From the NCBI RefSeq assembly GCF_964355755.1, contig NC_092678.1, forward strand, positions 12,956,352 through 13,020,351: a stretch of 64,000 bases of DNA. The letters are read 5' to 3'. The notes beneath the pieces were generated by a model. The model searched no databases and was not told the DNA's origin. It saw nothing but the letters and a program-made list of their open reading frames with translations. Shown in pieces: positions 1 to 12,200 of the stretch. Source of the stretch: Antedon mediterranea. Lineage: Eukaryota; Animalia; Echinodermata. Position 1 is the first letter of the stretch; every line of letters begins with the position of its first letter. The translations under genes were made by a program, and so were the position numbers.

Positions 1-226
1 TACGATTAATCGGGAAACCACCTTACGACATTAACAATTTTATGAAATATTTTCCGCTGACCAATTTTCATACTATAAATATATATTATATATATGTTGT
101 TATGTTTGTATATAAACATTTGTTTTTTTTTTAAATATTAAAAACAATTATTAATCATACAGATTGTAATACCTGTGTTTTATTAGTATATATTTATTAA
201 AATAAACATTTTTTGTTTCATTTTAG

Positions 227-3200
227 AATCCAATTATATCTGATTTGAGTCCAAGGTTTGGCATTCAAGCTGGTGGAACTACACTAACATTCAGTGGATC
301 TAATCTGAACACTGGGAATGATGTAATGGTATATATTGATGGAAGTGAATGTTATGTTACCAGGAGGTATGAAATAACATTTTGTACATTCATTATTTTC
401 AAGTCCAATGATCTTAATGAAGCTGCAGGTTATGTTACTAAATAAATCATAATTGTATATATATTGACATGTAAATGATTGCCTTTACCAAATTCTAACA
501 ACTGTTTTTTTTATTTTACAGTATCAATGAAAATCAGATAATGTGTACAACATCAAATTATACATCTGGAGCTGAAGTTGCAGTAACAGTTACATTTGGA
601 AATGCTGTTAGAGATGGTCCTACATTTACTTACACTACAAATCCCACTGTGACTGACTTCCAACCTAATAAAGGCATTCAAGCGTAAGAAGAATCTTCTT
701 AATATAATAATAATGTTCAATTTATATAGAGCAAAATACAGGGCGCCTCTAATTGCTGAAAAATCAACAGAAAATGTTATAAAAGAGCAAAGGCTTAATA
801 ATGAAAAGGCAAAATATAACGGTGAAATTTGAGGAGTTGTTTAAATGTGGCGAGCGGCTGTCCTGATTCAGTTTGAGAAGAACAACAGCTGAACAGGAAC
901 AGGTGCGTTGTCGATAATATTTTGTTGAAGGCTGTGTAGGTATAGGCCTGAGTAAAACCTCTGATGATGACCTCAGTGTCCGTTTTGGCTTGTATGAAGA
1001 AATTGGAAGTAAAATCAATTGACTCCTTCACAATTAAAGCACCATATTCCAAGTAATGATATTGTTTAAAATGCTTATTATTGCAGAGGTGGTCAAACCA
1101 TCAGAGTGACCGGAACAAATTTCCAATATGTACAGAAAGCAATGATGTTGTTAAATAGCAAATCAGCTGAAAATGTAAGCTTTAGATACAGGATTTACAT
1201 TTCTAATTTAATAAATTTCAACAGAAAGAGAGGTTTTCATTCAATGTCAACAATGTTTACATCCATATCATTCATCCATATGAATATATCTATAATCCAT
1301 ATCCATCTCAACTCAAGGATGTAGACCCAACGCAAGCGAGTTGACCAATGAAAAGTAACAGTTGGAATAATTAATTGCTTCTGATTGGTCAAATCACTTA
1401 TGTTACATGCGTCCCTGTGCATCTCTAGTAGGAACCAAGCATAGTCCCTTCTCTGATGTAATTGTACTCAATGCTCAGTACATTAAATCATCTGCAAAAG
1501 CATCTGATTATCAAGTATAGTTAGATGTCAAGTAGATAATTTTAAGATCGCTGATTTTCTCTTTTCTACACAAAATAGACCTATTGTGTATTTATTTTGG
1601 TTATAATTGTTACTAAACAAAGTAGATTTTTTTTTCAGATTTAAGCAAAGCATATGACTTTAAGAACATTAATTATTTATTTTTAAAATTCCTTGTAAAT
1701 TGTTCTTTAATGTACATACTAAATAAAGAAATTGTGTGGTGTTTTTTCAGAACTGTATAACTCTGTCAAATGAGGAGATGGATTGTGAAAGTCCACCAGC
1801 AGATCTCTCCACATCAGGTCATCGTAGCAGACGACAGGCAGACCAGACAGTTTTACCTTTGACCTTTTCATTTGATGGTTTCATTCCTGCATTGAGGGGT
1901 GATTTTGGATTCTCAGTTTACCCTAATCCAATATATTATCCCTTTGATAATATGTCTTTTTATGGAGAGACTGTAGTAGATGGAATATACAGATTTGACA
2001 AACATATTGATGAATTTATGAAGTTGATGGTAATTATATAGTTTTATTTCTTCAGCAGTGTATTGCGTAAAAGCATTGAATCAACTCGACTTAACACAAT
2101 AGAAGGATGTAATTGAAACGCAAGTCATTTGACTATTATAATGCATCAGTCGTCTAATGAATAGTCAAGTTACTTGTGTTGTGCTTACATCATGCGATGC
2201 GTGTTAGGGGCAACCAAGTTACGTGTGTTGTGCTTACATCATGCGATGCGTGCTAGTGGCAACCAAGTTACTTGTGTTGTGCTTACATTATGCGATGCGT
2301 GCTAGTGGAAACCAAGTTACTTGTGTTGTGCTTACATCATGCAATGCGTGCTAGTGGAAACCAATTAGTTACTTGTGTTGTGCTTACATCATGCAATGCG
2401 TGCTAGTTGCAACCAAGTTACTTGTGTTGTGCTTACATCATGCGATGCGTGCTAGTGGCAACCAAGTTACTTGTGTTGTGCTTACATCATGCGATGCGTG
2501 CTAGTTGCAACCAAGTTACTTGTGTTGTGCTTACATCATGCGATGCGTGCTAGTGGCAACCTAACTATAGTTTCTACTGCTGCACAAAATATTTACACAA
2601 ATCTCAGAATTGTTATAATTGAATTTAGTTCTATTATAGTTGGTTTTTGTAAAGTGTATTATTGAGCTACATTTATTTTGTTAAAAAAGAACTTTTCAAA
2701 TCCTTATTGAATCAGTAATTTACTGATTGTGATTAGTTATTATTAATTTAACAAATGCTTTTGTACATTAGGGTTCTGACATCAACCTTGCTAGTGATGT
2801 TGAGGATGTTGAAGTCTTCATAGGAAGTGTTAAATGCACTGTAAATTCAATAACACGTACAGTAGTTCTTGTTGAGATACCAGACAAGGAACCTAATCCA
2901 GTAGATGGTGAAGATCATCCTATTGTTATGGTAGGTCGTGAGCTCACTAGATAATACTTTTAATATTATATATAATATTTTTATCATTTTCAATAGTCTG
3001 TAACCAATAATGTCAAAATCACAAATTTTTTGTAAACGAACTCAGCAATATTGTAATATTAATTAATTTATTTTATTTTTAAGATGGACTACGTTATTTA
3101 TGTTGTTCTGTTTTAATTGCTGTTTAGACTTAGGCTGAATAAGTAAAACAACGTGTAGAACTTAGAGACAAAAAGTGTTTGTCAAGATCCTAATTTTACA

Positions 3201-6200
3201 AAATTCTACTTAAACATTTTTGAATATATTCATTCTAACATTATTACTACTAGATTGTTTTTAACAAAAAAATGTACTACAGAATGTAACCAATGTTAGT
3301 GTTTTAATATTGATTGTCTCCAAATAACTTTAGATCCGTCATGGAAATCTAAAGTTAACTTTCGGTGCAATAAGATATGTAGGCATTGGATTGTCTACCA
3401 CCGTCATAATTATTATAATTACGATTGTTGTGATTGTGGCTATCACCATTACGATCATACCTGTCTACTGGCGTAGATCAAGAATACTCGAGAGAAAATT
3501 GGAAGAAACAACAGTGAGATTTTTTAGAAAAAGTAAGCTAGAAAGCAGTATAGATAAATTCAAACTATTTTACATCATATGGGGCTTTGAAAAGTAAAAA
3601 CTAAATTTGGATATATGATTGATGTAAAATATAACTGATTATTTCTACAAAAATGTTCAATAAACTAAGAGTAGTGATTTACTTTTTGAAATAGGCAGAT
3701 TTCACCGGTGCAGATTTTAAATTACTATCGCAAGTCATCTAAAATTTTTATAAATACAATTACCTTGTGATCTTCACTATTAATGCATTATTTAGAATAA
3801 ATGGCATCTACCTATGCTCAACAAAACAAACAAGATAATGGGAGTGCCTATATGAATACGCTACTGGCAAATTAATATGCACAATTAATCAAAATGTTTG
3901 GAAATTTGTAGCGCCGGGTTTAGGCTTTAGGTACTGTATATAGATGATGATGATAGCATATCGGCATTATAATGAAACAATAAATTACACATTAAGCTAC
4001 ATTCAGTATATACTTAGAAAGTCAATACCTACAATTTAAGTAATTTTTAATAAATTCATTCATTTAGAAGAAGAAAAAGAAGAGGAGTTTCTAGAAATAA
4101 ATGACGATAATTCAGAAGTAAGGTATATGGGCATAGCGCATGACAGCATAATAGCAAGGAAATTTAGTCAGAGTAAAGAGCATTATATACAATGTATGCT
4201 GTTTCTAGGATGTGAGATGACTCCAGTAATGCAAGAAAGTGGATATGTAAGATATTGCGACTTGCTTGTGATTACACAACGTTACAAAACATTTTGTTGG
4301 ATATCAATTAACGCAGGGTGTTACCTCAATGATTAATTGTATTTTGTAAGGATTTTGCAGTATTTACACCATGTCATCCGAAAGGAAGAAAGGAAATTGT
4401 TAAAAATTAAAAATTCTCAACTTTACATAATCTTGTTTTAGAAAATTATGGTTTTACATTTATTTACAAATACGTAAGAGAATACGATATAATATTATAA
4501 TATTATTACTCTTTTTTTTCTCTTTTGTGGCGCAAACACCACTTTTATTCACATTCATATTATCTCATATTACATAAAATCGTATTATTTAACTTGTAAA
4601 TGTCGTTACAGTTCATAATTAACATTTTTACATTATATGAATTCTGTATGACTTCTTTTTTCATAAATTTTCTTATATTTTGTTATACACTTGACAGGAT
4701 CATCATTATCATCTATCCCGTTTTAAAATAGTTCACACATTTTCATTTGTTTGTTTTCATTTTACAACCCGGATTATACAATATATTTATATACATGTTA
4801 AAAAAAACAATAATAGCTCAGTACCACCAGTAACCCGTATCACTGTAATTCTTTTTCGGTTAATCGTATCAAATTAGAAATTATATTATCATAATCTTAT
4901 TTCTTAAAGCTACCCATTTTTCTATACTTGTTTCTTTATTGTTATATGTTTCACATTCAATGTTATATAACATATTGCTTTTAAATGAATTCCATAAAGA
5001 AATACCCACTGGCTTATTTAGTGCAGATAACATTTTTATTCTATAAATAGTAAATGCTGCAAAAGTGTAAATATAATCTATTAGCTTATCTCCCGTTCCT
5101 AGTATTAATTGTTTAAATGATATATTATTGTGATTTAAACTTACAAAGATACTAAGCATTTTCCTCTAATATTTCTGAATAAATCTACAACTAAAAAACA
5201 AATGATTTTCATTTTCAATTTCTCCACATTTGTCACACGTTTGTGTTTCCTTAACTTTCCACTGATACAGCCGTTTGTTGGTAGGCAGTATTCTATGTAA
5301 CATCTTATAATTGAATTGTGCTAGTTTCTTATCTTTCATTTTACATACTTTCCGTAACCAAGAAGTTTTCCAATCAATGTTGTTATCATTGAAGTACTCT
5401 TCCCATTTTAGTTGTGACATTGGAATAATGAAATATTCTTTCACAAACCATGAGTATATTAGTTTGGTAGTATTAATCTCATACTTGGTCCCAACTAATT
5501 CATCATTATCATTACAATTGAAAATATCTACCTCCTTAATAATACATTTCCATTGAATTGGTATTGCCTTAATAATGCACAGATACTCAACCAGTTTGTT
5601 TTACATTGTAGTTTCACCATTATATCGTTATAAGTTTCAGGTTTTTTTTAGAGATTCTGTTATAATTTATGTAGGCTTTTATCATGTTTTTGTAAAACAG
5701 TGGAATTTTATCAGAATTAACATCAATAATGTTATAACATGACATATTAAGTAAAACATTAACATCACATATTTTTTTAATATAATACATTGGAATATTT
5801 TTCCATTTAGCACCATCATCATTCATAATTCTTTTTAACCAGCCACACATGAGTGCGTTAACATGAAGAGTAAAATCAGGCATTTTAATACCTCCCATCT
5901 CAACATCACCAATTAGAGTTTTTCTTTTTATCTTTTCCCTTTTATTGTTCCAAATAAAATTATACATTAGATTTGTAACTTGTGTATATACATATTTTGG
6001 AACATCAGTGATATTTGCAGCATATGTTAATTTAGATAGTGCAAGACTTTTCAGGAAGATTATTCTACCAAAAATTGAGAGATTTCTAGCATTCCATTGT
6101 TTTAAAGTCTTTTCTAGCTCTATTAATTTAACATCCCAGTTTTTTCTGGTACATTCTTCTGTATTATACCCTACATATATGCCTAAAATTTTGATCGGGT

Positions 6201-9200
6201 GTTTTACCCAATTTAATTCTAAAGGTCTATCTATTCTGTTCTTCCATTTACCAATCCAACAAGCATTATTACTCTTTATATGTTATGTGGTATTGTTTTA
6301 TTATTTTGTAGACTGAACTGTTGGAAGATCATCGAGGTTTACCTGAACTGGATTTATTTTTGGACGAGAAGATTCTAATGAAAATAATTAACATTTTAGA
6401 CAATGACTCATCGTTTACATCTGTACAAAGGTATATTAAACAAATTGTAATGATTTTAGATTTAGATTTAGATAATAAGTCTATGGTTATGATACAATAT
6501 CGGTACAAGAGGTAGGGCCTACAAGGACGCTGCAATCAGTGCCACTTTTAAGTTACAATGGTTCACGTCTAACTTTGTCTATTATATGGTTCTGGTGGCA
6601 GAACACGTAAGAAAAACCGTTACAGTCTATTGGTTACTATAATACTATAATTATGCCTACAATTATTACAAACTTTTATCTGTTTTACTTTAGGCAAAAC
6701 TTTTCCGCTTTGTTCTTAATGGCCATGGTTGGTGATGATAAAACAGAATATCTATTTCAGTGAGTAATACTTAGTATATACCTTATTAATTTACAATTCT
6801 TGTGTATTACGTATGCAAGAATGAACGATAGAATTGGTAGCACTGACTGACTTAAGCGACAAGATGTAGTTGGAAAGTAAATTATCTAAGTCCACAGTAG
6901 CAATGATCGTTATACAATAGTTATTATTAAGTAATTCTATGGTTACGCTTAATTCTAATATGTTGTGTGATTAAATATTTTAGTATTATGGATATGCTTC
7001 TAAGCAAACATATTGCTAACAAAGTGAAGGCCAAAAATGTCAAGTTAGCTTTAAGCAAGTGGGTACAGTTATTTTGTGTTTTTAATAATTAATTATTAAA
7101 ACCTAATTTGCAAACGTGTGTTTATCAAGTTATGACATATTACTTTTAGTGACTGTGAATGTGAAATATACTTCAATATGTACTTATATACTTCTTATAT
7201 ACTTCATATACTTTTAATCTATTGCTATATTAATCAAATGTAATATAGCAATTACCTTCAATTACAGAAACGGCGAAACTGTTATCGAACATATGATATC
7301 TCACGTGGTGGCATTATGCATGTATAAATACACAATGGTATGTAAATTATTTTATAAGTTAATAATTATATCTACATTATTCTACTAAATATTAGTAAGT
7401 AATACGATGTGATTTGGTTTACGTAATGTAAAATTAGCTTTGTTTATGTTAGTTTAATAATATAAGATTTTCTTTCTATCAGTCAAGATCAAGTGGCGCT
7501 GTGCAACACGGCGACACAGCTCGTCTCATTGTCTCACTATTGTTACTCATTTTTTGACGTTATTTTCGTATATTTGGACTGTATTGTATTGTGGAAGAAG
7601 TCATTTGATTTATACACTTCAGCGATTTTAGGAATGCCAGCTTACTTGCATTCACGGAAACCTACCTGAGCGATAAGCATAGCGATCAACATATTCAAGT
7701 AGTTGGCTTTAAATCTGTTCGTGGGGATCGTACAGCCGAAGCGAACAAAGATGGCGGTGGTGGTCTTTGCCTCTACATTAATGAGAAATACTGTCATCCA
7801 AATAACTCTACGCTTAAGCTTCATAAATGTTCGCCACACTCGGAAGTGCTGGTTGTTGGTATTCGCCCCTACTATCTTCCGAGAGAGTTCTCGCATGTTA
7901 TCAATGTTATGGTATACATACCTAACAAAAAGCTTGAAAAGCCTGCTATAAATGAGATCGCAGAAATTATCGAAGGTATTGAGTGTAGTCACCCTGAGGC
8001 GCTTGTAATTATCAATGGCGATTTCAACAGATGCAAGCTCAAGAAAACAACGGCCACTTATTATCAGCATGTTACATGTAAAACGAGGGACAACGCGATT
8101 CTTGATTTATGCTACTCTAGTGTGAAGGATGCCTATATTTCGACCCCACTACCGAACTTGGGCAAATCTGATCATAATTTGATTTTACTCAGTCCTAAAT
8201 ATCGCCCGTTAAATAAGACATGCCAACCAAAAATTATTAATGTACGTAAATGGTCTCCTGAAGCCGAGGAAGCCCTGATAGCGGAATTTGAATCTACCGA
8301 TTGGGATATTTTTACGGAGGATGAAGATTTGAATAGTATTACTTATGCAGTGAGCTCGTACATAAACTTTTGTATTGATAAATGCGTTCCAGTTAAAAAA
8401 GTGAAAATCTACCCTAACAACAAGCCATGGATCACGAAAGGCGTTAAATTACTGTTGTGTGAGAAACGTAAAGCCTTTAAGATGGGCGACTCTAATCGTA
8501 TGAAAATATTGACTAGAGAGATTAAATCTGAAATAATGAAACAGAAGAACATTTATAGGAAAAAAGTTGAACATAACTTCAGGTCTAATAATATGAAACA
8601 AGTTTGGCAGGGTATGAAACTTATGAGTGGTTACACAAACGGTGGTAATACACCCACCTCGATTCCGAATGTTACTGTGCAATATGTTAATGAGTTAAAT
8701 GAATTTTATAACCGTTTTAATGTTCATGATTTTAAAAAAGAAAGAGAGGCTCTATTTAGCTTGTGTCGGGTGACTGAAGATGATCCCAAATTTAGTATAA
8801 GCATTTCTGATGTACATAACGAATTCATGAAACTCAATTCATCGAAGGCTGCTGGGCCGGATAAAATCCCACCACGAGTACTTAAGGTCTGCTCTCCTCA
8901 CCTTGATGGTATATTTACATTTATTTTCAATATGTGTCTTTCTTATCATGCGTTCCCGGATATTTGGAAACTTTCATGCATAATACCGGTACCTAAGAAA
9001 CCTAAGATTAACAGCATGAATGATTTGAGACCCGTTGCACTCACGTCTGTCGCAATGAAAATATTGGAACGTATTATTTTAAAAATTATGCAACCTTATG
9101 CTGAAAAAGTGTTAGACCCGTTGCAATTTGCTTACCGATCACTCCGTAGTACCAGTGATGCGATTTATTTTAAATTACATAAATTGTATTCACATCTAGA

Positions 9201-12200
9201 TAATGTAAAGAAAGGCCATTCGGCACGTATTATGTATTTTGATTTTCAATCTGCGTTTAATACCATACAACCCCATATCTTAGCAGACAAAATGTTGAAT
9301 ATGGAGTTTCCCCGTCCGATTGTTCGTTTAGTTTTAAATTTCATTTGTGATAGAAAACAATTTGTTAATATTAATGGTGTTAAGTCAGAAATCGTAACCT
9401 CTGACACCGGTGTTCCTCAGGGTACTGTCAACGCACCTAAATTATATTCCTTGTATACGGCGGATTACAGATCTTTAAATGATGAGCTTTGCCCCGTTGT
9501 TAAATTCGCTGATGACACTAGTACTATTGGTCTCATAGTTTCAAACAATGATGAAAATTATCGTAGCGAAATACAAAGATTTGTTAAATTTTGTGACGAT
9601 AATTATCTCCAAATAAATGCATCAAAAACAAAGGAGATGATCATTGATTTTAGGACTAAACATAAATTTAATTTTCAACCAATCAAAGGTAAAGAAATTG
9701 AAATTGTTGACCAGTACAAGTATCTAGGAATTGTTTTCAATGATAAACTGAGTTGGGGAGACCATATAGACTTCATCAGCAAAAAATTAAGTCCCAGAAT
9801 GTATTGTATGAGAACTTTATATAAATTTAACTCCTGTGATTTGATGTTACTTTCGTTCTATAGATCCGTTATATGTAGTGTTTGGACGTATTGCCTCTCC
9901 TGTTGGGCTGGTAATGTTACCGGAGGGAATAAAGGACGCCTTGAAACTTTCATCCGTCGGGCTGGTAAAATGATTGGTCTGGAACTGCCTTCCTTTACCG
10001 ATGTGCACCTAGAACACCTCCAGAAAGATTTCGAACGCATTGAGTCGGATGCCTCTCATCCTCTCCACAAAGTGATCATAGATCAACTTAATCCAAGTGG
10101 TAGATTGAGGCTCCTCAGTGTGAAAACAAATCGATTTGCTAAATCCTTTATTCCCTCCGGTATCATCCAGTACAACAGGAAGTCAAGAAGATAATTTTAT
10201 ATTGTAATTTTTTAGATGTTTTTATATGAATGGTTTTATGCTATATTTGTTTTTATAGTGTTTTCTTTGTTATTATGACGAGCAATGAATTTCCTTTTTG
10301 AGGATCAATAAAAGTTATCTTATCTTATCTTATCTTTTCTAAACAATAAAAGTCTCTTTTTTATTTGTAACAAATTTGACTCTTTTATAAGTTACCTTGA
10401 TTAGTTAGGAATATCAAATAAAGTCCATCAATCATCAATTAATCAATCAATCAATCAAATAAGATCAGATCTAAAATAACGTACTGTATATAAATATATT
10501 ATGTGTGTTGTAAACTACTTGGTTCACTTCAATTTTGCAGAAGTATGTATCAGGGCCTCTTTTGCAACTTGTAGATGCTATAACTACGAGAATAGATAGT
10601 GGTGCGGTAGACGCTGTTCATCATCATTGTCAATATTCTTTAGACGAGAACTGCCTTCTGCCAATTGATGTTACTGGAGAGAATATAGTAAGATATCTGC
10701 AAATGTTTTGGAAACATTTGAGTATATAACATATAACACTGAAGCATAATACTACTTGCAAACAATTATTTTAATACATTTTTAGAGCTCATGACAAGTA
10801 AATGTGTATATAATAAAATGTTTAAGAAGGTCAGATAATCCCGTAAATATTTAATTATTAGCCAATCCAAAAAATACTGAATTTCCACACAAATTCAATG
10901 GCATTTTGTTTCAATTTAGAATTTGAGTTTGGTAGTTGATGAGGAAAAACAAGAAATTGTGAAAGTAAACAGTTGTGATACGCTATTTCAAGTAAAACAA
11001 AAACTGTTAAATGTTATGTTTAAGGAACAACCTTTTTCAAAAAGACCCAACGTTTCATACGTTCAGTTAGGTTAGTACACCAACAAACAGGCAATTTAAT
11101 TGTATCTTGCTCCTTTATTCTGTAGATTTCAATTAAATACATAATAACCTATTTTTTTAAAATCTAGAATGGAGAATGAATGTAGATCAACGAATTATTT
11201 TACAAGATATCGATTTACAGACAGAAAGAAAACTAAAAACAATTGCAGATTTTGGAGTAATATTACTGTAGTATTTTTTGTTTTGTAATAAATTAACTGT
11301 TAGAAAAATGTATTAAACCTATAATAGGCTTACTAGACATAGGCTGTGTACAGGCCGGACGTCAGTGTACACAAGCTGAACATGACGCATGTACCTTAAT
11401 TGATTAAAAAAAAATACTTTTCTACACACTTTTCTAAATCAATCACTACTCGGATCGTAAATTTGAAGAATTATTTTTTTTCAGATTCAAAATGAAGCAG
11501 TGGTAGCGTTTGTAGACGTTTGGAAGGAAGATATCAACGCGTCAGACCAGTATGATACAATTAAGCAACCAATAGTTGCTAGACATGGTAATAATGATAA
11601 TATGTATTGGTATACATACTACATTCCAACCTTACCAGTATCTACTAATATATTTTACTTTTTCAGTTTCTTCTTATTTTATGTAATTATAATTATTCAA
11701 TAATAGATTAATAATATAAAAAAAAACAATACTGTTTATAAAGTCACGGCCATTTATACTAAATATTTCTTATTGGTATTATGTTATATTTCGGCAAACA
11801 CATTAACAAACAACATCAAACAGCTTTATTGCGCCAATGAGTGGCAGAATAGACCAAGTTATTTGTTGTTGTTTGTGCTATTGTTATTGTTATTATTGTC
11901 TATGGTCTAACTTTACTTTTTAAGAAACTAACATCTACCAAACATCAATCAATGCAGATGGCACTTTCCACATTGTGAGTGTTTTTAGTTCAAATATTTT
12001 TGAACCATTAATTGAATAACATTTGATATCAACAAATCTTATTGCTTATTGGACATCTAATAATTAACTGTGAACTAAATATGCAGGAAAGTAGCTTTAC
12101 GATAGTTGATAATCTGACGTTACACCAGTTACTGTTGGTCGTTTAGACGTTCTAGTTTAAAAAATATTTTGGCATACATTGCTTGTCATAACTAAACCAA

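Noticed and set aside
5311-8682. ORFs antisense to or overlapping the LINE frames (5311-5556, 5945-6316, 7642-8070, 7703-7951, 8449-8682)
   Set aside because: Shadow frames of retrotransposon coding sequence with no independent motifs.
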